This document shows, in pieces, positions 47,777 through 58,032 of a stretch of DNA of 64,000 nt (positions within the stretch are counted from its first letter, which is position 1; every line of letters begins with the position of its first letter). Source of the DNA: Candidatus Undinarchaeales archaeon (GTDB lineage: Archaea > SpSt-1190 > JASMDC01); NCBI GenBank assembly GCA_030753015.1, contig JASMDC010000003.1, positions 32,001 through 96,000 of the forward strand, given 5' to 3'. A model generated the notes under the pieces. It had not been told where the DNA came from. It saw only the letters and a program-made list of their open reading frames with translations, and did no database searches. A program made the translations under genes and the position numbers.

Positions 47777-48800
47777 AGCATGACACCTCTTGGGCTAGGG
47801 CGAGCACGCGGGGAGCGAGATGGGTGGGAGTAACGTACTGCTCCCGGACAGGGAGCCTGCGGGAGAGGACAAATCCGGCTTCGTCGCACACGACCCCGAG
47901 CTCGTTAAGAGTGGGCCATGACCGGTCCGGATTAATGAAGTCCGGCGTCACAGGCGATACGCCGCCAAGGTCATCTGCTACGGCCATGGCGCGCATGAGA
48001 AGATCCTGAGAAACAAGATTGGGGGGGATCTGGATGCTGACGTCGGGCGGGAGGTTAAGGCGGGCCATTGCTAGGGTGTCGAGGACCACCTCATCGGTGG
48101 GAGACGGCACGTCCTCCATCGGTGTTCCCTCGTTAGGGGCGAATGGCTGGACGATGACCTCTTGGATATGGCCATAGCGCGCATGGATGTCAGCAATCAC
48201 CTTGAGCGTCTGCTCCCGTTCGAGGCGCGTTTCGCCGATACCCACGAGGATGCCTGTAGTGAAGGGGATGCCTTGTCGTCCTGCTGTGGCGATATGAGCG
48301 AGCCGAAGGGTGGGGACCTTCCCGGGGCATCCATTATGCGGCCCGCCCGGGCCCCCTAGACGCTCGCTGGAGGTCTCTAACATGAGTCCCATGCCCGCAT
48401 TCACCTTTGCTAGCGTCTCGAGCTCGTCCGCGACGAGGACACCCGCGTTGGTGTGGGGGAGCAGGCCGCTCTCCAGCGCCCGGCCGGCCAGGTCAGCAAG
48501 GAACTCCACCATTCTGTTGTATCCCCACTCCTTGAGCTTGTTTCGCACGTATGGGTCAGAATCCGACCGCTCACCAAGTGTGAAGAGCGCCTCTGTGCAT
48601 CCCGCCCGAGCAGCACGTTCTATAAGATTCCGGGCCTCACTCGGTGAAAGCACCCTGGGGCGATCGTCCCCGCGTACCCGGAATCCGCAGTAAGCGCAGT
48701 TATTGACGCAGGCTGTAGTGACCGGTAGGAAGGCGTTCGACGATACAGTCACCCGGCGGCCGAACGCTTCCTGTCGGCGCCTACATGCGGCCTCCCACAT
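47769..48800 (-). CDS. cofG: Fo synthase subunit CofG (radical SAM)
   Basis: CVNNCAYC, EALFTLGE, LPHTNAG, MGLMLE, PFTTGILVGIGE, IQEVIVQ, DLGGVSPVTPDFINP. Confidence 0.93.
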   Translation of the reverse strand: MWEAACRRRQEAFGRRVTVSSNAFLPVTTACVNNCAYCGFRVRGDDRPRVLSPSEARNLIERAARAGCTEALFTLGERSDSDPYVRNKLKEWGYNRMVEFLADLAGRALESGLLPHTNAGVLVADELETLAKVNAGMGLMLETSSERLGGPGGPHNGCPGKVPTLRLAHIATAGRQGIPFTTGILVGIGETRLEREQTLKVIADIHARYGHIQEVIVQPFAPNEGTPMEDVPSPTDEVVLDTLAMARLNLPPDVSIQIPPNLVSQDLLMRAMAVADDLGGVSPVTPDFINPDRSWPTLNELGVVCDEAGFVLSRRLPVREQYVTPTHLAPRVLALAQEVSCCG

Positions 48801-48829
48801 CGAGTAGTGGATGAGGGTAAAAGCATTTA

Positions 48830-49747
48830 TTGATGGCGCCGCCAGATGACGTCAAGATGGTAGGGGACCCACTCCCCGATGGAACGAGCCCGCCAATCAT
48901 ACACGAGGCTCGCGCCAACATTGACAAGGAGGAGAAACGCGGCATCTCCATCGACACCGCGATCAAGCAGCGCAGCCCTTACATGATGGTGCGCGAGGAC
49001 GAGGAGCCCGTACCGCAGCAGGAGGGAGCGCCCGAAGCAGGGAGCGCTGACACGGTGTCCGGCGCCTCTGCAGACGATGCAGTTGCTTTCATTGCCAAGG
49101 CATCAGGTGTCGATAGTGGATCGAAGGCGCGAGTGGGGACATCGGTCGCTCCGACCGAGACGTTCTTCGAGGAGTCCGAGGAGCTTGAGCAGAACAAGCT
49201 AAAGGACATAGTCGTCACCCTTGGGACCATGCTCATCATGTTCGTCGTCCTTCTGGCCGTCCTCTACGGTGGTTACCGTGTGGTTTCGGTCACGGCACCG
49301 GGCATCGCAAGCGCCCTGGGGGAAGCGAAGAGCGAAGGCCCACTCTACAACATCACCTGTGCAGGATTCTCCGCGTGCCCTGACGACATCTTGGAAGCAT
49401 GCGGGTTTGAGGGTGAGGTGGCCTGTGTGGACATCAATAACGCGGGACCAGCCACCATCCCCGGGACCGCACTCCTAAAGGCGAGCGTTTCCATCTCCGG
49501 GGAGAGCGGGATGCATACCTACGATGCCGACTCGCTTCGCATCGTTAATGCTGATGGTACCTCATGTAACACACTCGCAGGATGCGTGTCGTGCCTTGAT
49601 CAGGAATGGGCTGAGCAGAAGGTAAAGACCTTGGTCATCCCGGCCGCGCCGCTGGGCGAACTAAAGACCAGTCGTCACTCCATCACACCAGGCCTGGACA
49701 GGGCGAATCTGCTTCATGACTGCCCGTTCGGAACGAATCTTGTCTGA
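48830..49747 (+). CDS. Hypothetical single-pass membrane protein with Cys-containing external domain
   Basis: Acidic low-complexity N-terminus, TM IVVTLGTMLIMFVVLLAVLYGGY, then a beta-rich domain with several Cys. Confidence 0.65.
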   Translation: MMAPPDDVKMVGDPLPDGTSPPIIHEARANIDKEEKRGISIDTAIKQRSPYMMVREDEEPVPQQEGAPEAGSADTVSGASADDAVAFIAKASGVDSGSKARVGTSVAPTETFFEESEELEQNKLKDIVVTLGTMLIMFVVLLAVLYGGYRVVSVTAPGIASALGEAKSEGPLYNITCAGFSACPDDILEACGFEGEVACVDINNAGPATIPGTALLKASVSISGESGMHTYDADSLRIVNADGTSCNTLAGCVSCLDQEWAEQKVKTLVIPAAPLGELKTSRHSITPGLDRANLLHDCPFGTNLV

Positions 49748-49848
49748 GGCTGACCGAAAGGGATAAGAATCCTAATTCCTTCTCCGGGACACGTAGGCGA
49801 GAACGGGTTAACCACGAGCGTTCAAAACCCGTGACGTGACAATCATTC

Positions 49849-50901
49849 ATGGAGGCATTGAAAGTGGCAAAGGACAAGCTTTTCGGTAAACACCTCCTGT
49901 GTACACAGGACTGGGAGGTTGACGAACTCATCCGTGCACTGGAGCTTGCGGAGGACATGCAGAAGGAGCGCTTCTCAGGTAAATATTACGACGTCCTGAA
50001 GATGCGGACGTACATGATGTTCTTCTACAACCCTTCTGTGCGCACACGGCAATCCTTCGAGTGCGCCGCGACCGAGCTCGGGGGTCATGCACAGTTCCTC
50101 GAGCCCAAGTCCATGCGGCTAAAAACGAAGAAGACCGCAGGCGAGACAGTCGAGGATGCTGCTCAGGTCATGGCCAGGTACGGTGCAGGTGTGGGTATTC
50201 GCATCCTTGAGGACAAGATCGGCGCCTATGGGGAGGGGCAAAAGCTCCTGGAGGACTATTGCAAGTGGAGCCCGGCACCCATCCACAGCATGGCTCACGA
50301 CAAGTTCCACCCCTTCCAAGGTCTCGCTGACGTCATGGGGCTCAAGAAGCATCTCAAGACGCCCGACTACAACTTCAAGGGGAAGAAGATCCTCCAGGTG
50401 TGGGGGAAGGGTGCACTTGCGCGTTCTTGGTGCTCGGTGCAGGAGAGCATCCTCATCAACTCCCGCTTGGGCATGGACGTGTGCTTGGCCTACCCGGAGG
50501 GCTTCGATCTGGATCCCGAGGTCATCGCTCTGGTGAAGGCCAACTGCAAGGCCAACGATGCCGAGTTCGAGATCCTGAACGACGTTGACGAGGCCTACGA
50601 CGACAGCGTTGATGTCGTGTACTCCCGCAACTGGATGACCGCTGGCGCTTACAAGGGCGGCGAGTTCGATAAGCCGGGAGAAATAGAGAAGAGTCTCCAG
50701 CACACGGGTTGGATCTGCGACGGGCCCAAGATGGCCAAGACCAACAATGCCTTGTTCATCCACCCCATGCCCATCGACCGCGGTAACGAGGTTTCGGATG
50801 ATGTGGCCAGCGGCCCTCGCTCGATCGTCTACGATGTCGCGGAGAACCGACTTCACGTACAGAAGGCGGTCATGGCCCTCACCATGGGGAACCTTCCCTA
50901 A
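49849..50901 (+). CDS. Ornithine/N-acylornithine carbamoyltransferase-family protein
   Basis: FYNPSVRTRQSF, HPFQGLAD, YSRNW, HPMPIDRGNEV, AENRLHVQKA. Confidence 0.85.
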   Translation: MEALKVAKDKLFGKHLLCTQDWEVDELIRALELAEDMQKERFSGKYYDVLKMRTYMMFFYNPSVRTRQSFECAATELGGHAQFLEPKSMRLKTKKTAGETVEDAAQVMARYGAGVGIRILEDKIGAYGEGQKLLEDYCKWSPAPIHSMAHDKFHPFQGLADVMGLKKHLKTPDYNFKGKKILQVWGKGALARSWCSVQESILINSRLGMDVCLAYPEGFDLDPEVIALVKANCKANDAEFEILNDVDEAYDDSVDVVYSRNWMTAGAYKGGEFDKPGEIEKSLQHTGWICDGPKMAKTNNALFIHPMPIDRGNEVSDDVASGPRSIVYDVAENRLHVQKAVMALTMGNLP

Positions 50902-50924
50902 GTGCAAGGATTGCGGGAAGCACG

Positions 50925-50948
50925 CCGGCCCCTTACACAAGGGGCCGG
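50925..50948 (+). terminator. Hairpin after the transcarbamylase gene
   Basis: CCGGCCCCTT-acac-AAGGGGCCGG, a perfect 10-bp stem. Confidence 0.55.
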
Positions 50949-51275
50949 TAAAACCTCTGTTCACGGATGTCTCGATGTTTCATCGCCCGTATAGTGTACC
51001 GTGCACACTGTACGGTCAAACGCCGGAACGAATGACAGGATGTGCCTTTAGATAAGGGCGGAGGACATTTCCAAATCCGTCTTATGCCAGGCCTCCGTTT
51101 CTGGCGTCTGAATCGTATTCAAACGTTTCTCAATGTTTCCAAACGGTGATGGCCAACCAGCGTCCGCCGATAATGCAGAGAACGTGACGCGAGGGCCTAT
51201 GTTGCGCAACCATTGCAACAAACCCATATATATCGTCTCAACCACCGGTCTCTAACGGTACAAAGGGGGGCTCAC

Positions 51276-53441
51276 ATGCGGGAACGTCTCATAGCGGTCG
51301 TATTCGTCATCGCACTGGTCTTCGCCAGCGCTCCGGACGACCTGAGCAATAAGTCGATAGGGGGGATTGGGGGAGATCCGTCGGGTCTATCTGTGCCCGG
51401 CGAACTACCTTCCGACGCGCCCTCTACCCGCGGGGAGATTTCCGAGAACGCGCTCAAGCAGCGCATACTGAGGGCAGCCCTGATAATCAGGACGGTGGAC
51501 GACCGCATCGAACGTGCCGAACTGTCTGCTACTATGAACGGAATTATCGATCTCTTGATACTCAACAAGATCGATGAAGCTCGTGAACTCCTGACGGAAA
51601 TGGAGGGACGGGCCGAAGTGGTGCTGAGGGAGCAGCGCCGACAGTGGTCGGAGGCTGATATAAGGGAGCTGGAGATGATCGCCGTAAGCTTAGAGGATGG
51701 TACGCAAAAGACCACGCTTGAGAATGCCTTAGCCGTAGCACGTGATCTCAAGAATGAGGGAATCGACGCAGAGACCATCCGTGAGAGGATCGGAAATGAC
51801 GCAGCTGCGCTGCTCGCAGAGCGACAGAGCAAGAAGGCCGCAGCGCTACTGGAGCAGGTGAGGATTGATATAGTCCGGATGCGTGAGGGGGATACGACGC
51901 TCCATAGTATGGCCGTTCGCCAGGGGAAGATGATCGGGCAGGCCGAGCGCAAGCTGGAAGATGGGATGCCTGATAATGCGCTCCACCTTCTTGAACGCGT
52001 GAGCGCTGAACAGCAGGATGCCCTACGTGCGACGCCTCTCGTCGGTGAGGTTGTCGGTATGGAGGAGTTCCCGGTGCTAAGTACCCAGGGTCGTGCACCC
52101 GGAACCGTCCTTCCTGAGGAATGGAATGACACCATACCGGCCGCAGGGCCCGAACGTACATCCGCGAGCAATCGGCAACCGCGGGCCGTCATCGAACAGA
52201 TGAAAGGCGAGGTGCGTGAGCAGATCGCAGTCCTCAAGGCCCGGTTGATCACCGCTCACGACAAGGAGCGATCGATCGAGCAGCGCCTGACCATGGCAAC
52301 GCCAGAGAAGCGGCAGATATTGCGCAGACGTTTGGCGATCATGAGGGTGAGGAAACGTAGCATCCCCGCCTTCGTCATATCCGGTAGCCTCGATAAGGTC
52401 GAAGCTCTTGTTGAGGAGGTCGAACGTGACCTGGCAAGCCTTGAAGAGCAGCTACCACGGATATCCGCCTTGAAGAGCGAGGTAAGACGGATCCGACCGA
52501 AGAAGACCCTCCGACAGGACCGCGACCGGGTCCGCACCCTGATCTCCAATATCAGGCTCCGCGAGCTCGATGACCGCGTAGAAAATATGCCCGTTGACTA
52601 CACGGGGGACGACGATCGGGAAGTGGAACTCCTCCTCGCGCTCAATCCAACGAACGATGAGATCGCGAACGAACTCGCCATCAGTGATGGGCTCGAGGCC
52701 AAGGTCGATATAGAACTGTCCGGCCAGGTTGTTGCGCTCGAGGGGGCCGATGACATAGGGCCTGTTGAGAAGAGCGTCTTCACGATGAGCGTGAGCGCCA
52801 CAGAGGCGGTAGTTGACGTGCGCATTGTCAAGATAATCCCCAAGGTCATAGCCGTGAACGTGGCGGACCTCGCATTTTCGGCAGAGCCAGATGTGGTCGA
52901 GAGCGATCCAATCGTGCTCTGGGACCTTGGCCACCTCGAGGCCGGAGAGGAAGTGGAGCTGGTCTTTACTGCTGACGGTGCGGTGGAGCCTACATCAGTG
53001 GGGGAGAGCGAGGTGCTCGTGCTCAAGAGCCCCGCGTACGCGGCCCCACATCTGGAGGCGCCCGTTGAGGTAGAGGCGAGTGAGGAGCTAATCGAGCAGA
53101 TCGCCGAGACAGTCGCCGTCGTCACGGAAGAACCCCCATCTGTCAGGACCACTGACAGAATCGACCCAAGCCTGTCGATGGGGATCCCCCTCCAGGATGA
53201 ACCCGGATTCTTCATCCTAATAATGGTCCTCGTACTAGTGGCCGCATTCCTCGTCGGCGTGGTATTCAAAGCGGACATGGTGTTCGCAGCGCCCAGACCG
53301 CCCACACCGCCCGCATCTGGGACCGTCTGGGACGCACAGCTGGTGAAGAGCGCAGAATGGAACATCCCACCGCGCTCCGTCAAGGGATACCAATCCGATC
53401 CCTTGTACCCGGGGAGATACAGGGAGCAGAAGAAGGACTAG
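51276..53441 (+). CDS. Secreted coiled-coil surface protein with Ig-like domain and C-terminal TM
   Basis: Signal peptide MRERLIAVVFVIALVFAS; long helical region; IIPKVIA...PDVVESDPIVLW domain; TM FFILIMVLVLVAAFLVGVVF. Confidence 0.8.
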   Translation: MRERLIAVVFVIALVFASAPDDLSNKSIGGIGGDPSGLSVPGELPSDAPSTRGEISENALKQRILRAALIIRTVDDRIERAELSATMNGIIDLLILNKIDEARELLTEMEGRAEVVLREQRRQWSEADIRELEMIAVSLEDGTQKTTLENALAVARDLKNEGIDAETIRERIGNDAAALLAERQSKKAAALLEQVRIDIVRMREGDTTLHSMAVRQGKMIGQAERKLEDGMPDNALHLLERVSAEQQDALRATPLVGEVVGMEEFPVLSTQGRAPGTVLPEEWNDTIPAAGPERTSASNRQPRAVIEQMKGEVREQIAVLKARLITAHDKERSIEQRLTMATPEKRQILRRRLAIMRVRKRSIPAFVISGSLDKVEALVEEVERDLASLEEQLPRISALKSEVRRIRPKKTLRQDRDRVRTLISNIRLRELDDRVENMPVDYTGDDDREVELLLALNPTNDEIANELAISDGLEAKVDIELSGQVVALEGADDIGPVEKSVFTMSVSATEAVVDVRIVKIIPKVIAVNVADLAFSAEPDVVESDPIVLWDLGHLEAGEEVELVFTADGAVEPTSVGESEVLVLKSPAYAAPHLEAPVEVEASEELIEQIAETVAVVTEEPPSVRTTDRIDPSLSMGIPLQDEPGFFILIMVLVLVAAFLVGVVFKADMVFAAPRPPTPPASGTVWDAQLVKSAEWNIPPRSVKGYQSDPLYPGRYREQKKD

Positions 53442-53674
53442 TGACCGAGCATCAGGAAGACCACTGCCAGCAGTACCCCGAGAGCTATGAAGAGGTTTAT
53501 CGAAATGCCCCCGGCGTAGGCGATGAGAGCAACGGTCTCGGGATTGTGCTTACGAAGGCGTTGCATGTACGCATCGATTCTGCCCTGAATCCGGGCCCCT
53601 ATGAACAATAGAGCGGTAGATAGACATTTATCTCTTGAGAGATGATGATGTCGGATGGGATTCATAGAGACCAT
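53438..53674 (-). CDS. Possible small membrane protein
   Basis: Hydrophobic C-terminus INLFIALGVLLAVVFLML; start uncertain, probably downstream of 53610. Confidence 0.3.
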   Translation of the reverse strand: MVSMNPIRHHHLSRDKCLSTALLFIGARIQGRIDAYMQRLRKHNPETVALIAYAGGISINLFIALGVLLAVVFLMLGH

Positions 53675-53888
53675 TCGCCCCCTGCTCGTGCAGCTGGAGA
53701 ATAAGATCTATCCGCTCTTCTTCCTTCTGAGTATACTTCTCATCAGTCTCAGCGGCATAGCCTATCTCCCCGTCTTGGAGCTCCGGTTGCGTATCTTCGT
53801 GGACAGCCTCCTGTTCTTCATCAGCCTGTTCATCATATGGGGCATGGGCGAGATACTCCTCATTGTGATACGGGAGTTCGAGATGTAG
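53655..53888 (+). CDS. Small two-TM membrane protein
   Basis: 77 aa with two hydrophobic helices; host-like codon use. Confidence 0.6.
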   Translation: MGFIETIRPLLVQLENKIYPLFFLLSILLISLSGIAYLPVLELRLRIFVDSLLFFISLFIIWGMGEILLIVIREFEM

Positions 53889-53898
53889 GGGTGCCCCC

Positions 53899-55584
53899 TT
53901 AGTCCTCGCTTTTCTGCTCCGGTGCGTCACGTTTGAGCAGCCATGCCAGCGTGTTGCGTAGGAGGGTGCGGCTGTCAGGCTCGTCACGCGAAAGCCCGTT
54001 TGCGTCACCGAACAGCACAGCACGACCCTTCTCCACGTCACGGGCGGCCATGACGACGATGTAGCCCTTCTTCTCGTTCATGTCCGGGACGAAGTTGCTA
54101 TCCTCGTCAGCGAAGCTAGTCTGGCTGGCGTAGAGCACGACGTCCTCTGTTTCTTCAACGTCCAGAGAGCAGCTCGCAGTGAGCCGGAGCTTGTTCACAC
54201 CCTTGGCCACGGGGTGGCCGGTGTTGTGCACGAAGGGCATATAGGTGACGTTCTCGCCCTCATAGTCGCACACGAGGTCGGAGTTGAACCGGGCACCGAG
54301 CTTGAACGTGATCTTGTTAAGGTTCGAGTTGTCGGCACCTCCGGCACCCACCAAGAACAGACCTGCTCCGGCACGCACGCGAGCGAGCACGTTCTCGAGC
54401 GCGTCATGCCCGGGAGTCTTGTCTGGTGATACAACGACCAGGAGATCGCCATCGAACCCTTCCATGTTCGTAAGGTCCTTTGGTTTGAGGGAAAGGTCAC
54501 CAAGAGCACTGGTGAGGGCGCTCTTCACTGTGTCGTCAAGGGAGTCGAGTCCAAGGACGTTTATCGAGCCACTGCTTCCAGGTTCGCCCGCGAGGTCGGC
54601 AGAGCAGTAAGGGCATACCTTCCAATCGCTGTTGATCGCCTTCCCGCATTCGGGGCAGTTGAACTCCCCCATGAGGATGGCGCGCTTGACCTCTTCCTTC
54701 TTGGCGGTACGCTCCTTCATCTCTGTGGGCTCTCGCACCTCTTTCTCGGGCTCTTCCTCCTCTTCAGGCTCTTCGGGCTCTTCCTCCTCCTCTTCCTCGT
54801 CGTCCTCCTTTTCAGGTGCTGCCTTACGTCCGTGCAGGACGACGATAAGGAGCGCTACTAGCAGGAGAAAGGCACCTCCAATGTAGAGCTCATACCCGGC
54901 AGGGATGCCCGGGATGAGCGCGGGGGCCGCTGTAACGGCGGGCGTGCTGCACACATTATCCATGCATTCAAGCCCCTCGTCACAATCATCCGTCTTACTA
55001 CAACAATCCTCACTCTGACCACAGCAGATGCTTCCGCCACTGGTCACGTTCACACAGAACCCGGAGAGGCACTGGGCGGTACCGGTGCACGCAGCACCAT
55101 CTGCAAGAGCCACGACCGGTCTAATTACGCACCGGGAGCCACTGCACATATCTCCATCGGCGCAGTCCCCGTCCTTGGTGCAGCACGTACGCGTTGTCGA
55201 GCAGCACACGTCGTTCTGACAGTGCTCGCCCTCGAGGCATCCGCAGTCAGCGCAGCAAGAGGTGGTGTTCTCCCCGCGGTCACACTGGCCATCGCCGCAG
55301 ACCACACGGTAGCATCCTTGTGCTGAAGCGCCGCCACGGGCAGCCTTGCACACCTCATCTTCACCACAAACGCAGTCGTCAGGGGAACTGAGGCAGGTCT
55401 CTCCTAATGCCTTCGTGCAGTCCGTATCGCCGATGCACTCGCTTGAATTGAGCATGTGACAGTCGATGCTACAACTAGTGCACTCGCCATTAGCGACGTC
55501 GCAAACTCGGTCGCCGCACGTGGCCCCAAGGGCCAGAGAGAGGACGAGGGCAATTATTGTCAGGAACAGCACGGAGGTTCTCAT
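53899..55584 (-). CDS. Single-pass receptor-like protein: Cys-rich ectodomain, TM, zinc ribbon, GATase-like (DUF4350/GIFT-like) domain
   Basis: Signal peptide; CGDxxC..GE..C..DC repeats; TM; Glu-rich linker; CPECG..CPYC; GAGLFLVG..NLN..HPV..KGRAVLFGD..N.LAWL. Confidence 0.8.
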   Translation of the reverse strand: MRTSVLFLTIIALVLSLALGATCGDRVCDVANGECTSCSIDCHMLNSSECIGDTDCTKALGETCLSSPDDCVCGEDEVCKAARGGASAQGCYRVVCGDGQCDRGENTTSCCADCGCLEGEHCQNDVCCSTTRTCCTKDGDCADGDMCSGSRCVIRPVVALADGAACTGTAQCLSGFCVNVTSGGSICCGQSEDCCSKTDDCDEGLECMDNVCSTPAVTAAPALIPGIPAGYELYIGGAFLLLVALLIVVLHGRKAAPEKEDDEEEEEEEPEEPEEEEEPEKEVREPTEMKERTAKKEEVKRAILMGEFNCPECGKAINSDWKVCPYCSADLAGEPGSSGSINVLGLDSLDDTVKSALTSALGDLSLKPKDLTNMEGFDGDLLVVVSPDKTPGHDALENVLARVRAGAGLFLVGAGGADNSNLNKITFKLGARFNSDLVCDYEGENVTYMPFVHNTGHPVAKGVNKLRLTASCSLDVEETEDVVLYASQTSFADEDSNFVPDMNEKKGYIVVMAARDVEKGRAVLFGDANGLSRDEPDSRTLLRNTLAWLLKRDAPEQKSED

Positions 55585-55649
55585 GGTACAGACCTTCCGA
55601 TGAACCACGGCCACTTATCTTCTTATGTCTTTAGTCCGCGCGGGGGAGC

Positions 55650-58032
55650 TCACGGCCCGCACACGCACATGCACGTGGGCAGGATCGTACATGCATCGGG
55701 AACGATCTCGATATCACATCCCGACTCGCATCTGCAGTCGTAGGAGACCGTGCAACCGGACCCGATGAGCGTTACGCTCCCTTGTTGTCTGAGGGGGAGG
55801 GTCCCACTGCGCACTCGTAATGCTAGGTCGATGTCCTCGATAAACGGCTTGCCATCGGGGCCCCGGACGGCCGCACGCAGGCGGTATCGCCCCTCACTTG
55901 TAGGGATGAACTCCCCGATCACTTCAATGGTCCGGCCGGCACCGGGTGGTAGCGTGAGCTGTTCATCCAGTTCCTTTATTGCACCTCCATCCGGGTTTGT
56001 CAGATTGACATCGACAGTGACATCCATCACCATCCGTCCGGGATTTCTGAGCTTGATGATAGCTCGGGCAGGAATGTCGGGCGGAGTGTGGAGGGAGAAG
56101 TGACCATTCTGGATAAACCGTGCAACGGCCGTGACAGCTGTACCCGTCACCGTGGCCTGGCGCTCCACAAGATGTCCAAGGTCGACCTGCTCCTCGCCGG
56201 ATCCGTCCGGTTCGGCCATGGTGACGCTAATCTCAAGCGAATGCCCCAAAGAGAACAGAGGGATGCGGAATGGTGCCGACTCGAGGATGATCGTTCGCTC
56301 CACCTGTCTATCCAGTACGGTGTGCACGAGCGTTTTTCCTTCGGTGAGGTCCTCGACGGCGACAGTGATCAGTTTTCGTGCGAGGTCGCCGAGGTTGTGA
56401 ACCTTCACAACGGCCCGCGCTTCCTCCCCAACACGTACGAGAGCGGCGGGCCGGTCGGTCATAACATAGGCCTGGGTCACTACGACCCCGGTGGAGACGG
56501 CCACCGTACCCTTGTCCGACGACACCTCCTCTTCGTCCTCGTCCCGAAGGACGAGGCGGACATGTATCCGTCCCGAACTACGCTCCCCCTCACTGGGACT
56601 ATACTCACACAACATAATGTCACGCACGTCAGTAAGAGCGGACACATCATAAGGAGCTTCAAGGCATGTGCCCTCGATCCCCTCCAGTGAAAGGGTCCCG
56701 GAGAATGCAGTGAGCCCTTTGTTCAGGATCCGGGCGCCTATCATGACCGTAGCATCATCATCGATTGCGACCACCTCGGCCCTGTTGGATGTGAGGCTCA
56801 GGGTGACAGTGATCGTGCCTGTTCGAAGCGGTATCTCGCTGAACGGGCAGAGGCAGCACACCCCCTCTCCTGACGAGCATGCACCGAGGATCGGGCAGCC
56901 CCGCTCCCGGCACGTTAAGGCGAGGACACTGTTCGGATCATTTGCCATCATCTCCGCGGCCACCGTTCTGCCTGCGTGAAGGGCCATCTCCGATGTCGTG
57001 TAATCGAGGCATCCGGGAGTCCTCAAGAACACGCAGCGAGCATCCCCGTCACAGCCCAAGCGTCCGGGCAGGTGTTTATGGAGCAAACCTAGCTGCTCGA
57101 CCATGAGGTACTTGTCCTCGGTCTTCCAGATCTGGTCAAGGTCGAAGTTATCGTCATCCACGGGCAATCCGGGCTCTACAGAGAATGCGACATCACGGTC
57201 CGTCGAAAGGGCGGGACAGTCACCTGCCGGGGTCACGAACACGTTCGAGTGCGTCCCCCATGCCGCGATGTTCAGGTCGCCCCAGAATCCCTGGTGACCA
57301 GCGCTCGCGGGCATCCCCCCCATCATCAGGATGGCTTGGGTGATGTTACGCTGGAACGCGTCCACGACGTCATCCTCGCTGTATGGGGAAAGAATCTCCC
57401 GCATCTCTTTCACGAGACGGTCCTGGTTCCTGACACTCGCTGCGCTCATGGCACCCGCCTCGAGACCACCGCGAACATCGGACCCCCACGCCTCGAGCCG
57501 CTGGATGACTTGGCCGATGTCCGCCGAATAAGCATCGATGAATTCCTCTAATGCGATGAGCCCGTCACGCACAGCACACGGTGAAGCGGTCCCTTGGACG
57601 AACCCGGATTCCCTTGATCCGTCCACTTTGCACATATCGATCGTGTGCGCCAGGTCGACAGCGCATAGTGCTTCATTGTCCCGGTCTATAAAACCCCGGT
57701 CCTGGTTCTCGGGAATACCGTCGCCATTTGTGTCCATACATCCTGTATAGGTGCGACAAACCCCACAACTATTGAACCGGCCGGGATCCGCAGGCGATGT
57801 CGGCTCAAGGGACGGATTGTTCGAGAGGGGGCTGTAGGCGCAGGTGGCCTTCGCGTGGTCGAAGCACAGGGTGGGTTCGCAGACTGGATTGGTGAGGAAT
57901 TCGTCGATCGAGTCGAAGCAGGTGATTGCTGGATTCGGTACACCATCGGGACCGGCAATGTAATCTAGGCAGGGATTATAGGCAATCTTCGCATCGTTGT
58001 AAAGCGCGTGGCAGTGCTGGCATGTCTGGTTC
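55650..58032 (-). pseudogene. 5'-truncated Cys-rich/Ig-like surface protein, paralog of the 2399-aa protein
   Basis: Frame of the 695-aa ORF stays open about 100 codons upstream of ATG 57737 (NQTCQHCHALYNDAKIAYNPCLDY...) with no start or signal peptide; same Ig-like domains and terminal Cys module. Confidence 0.75.
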
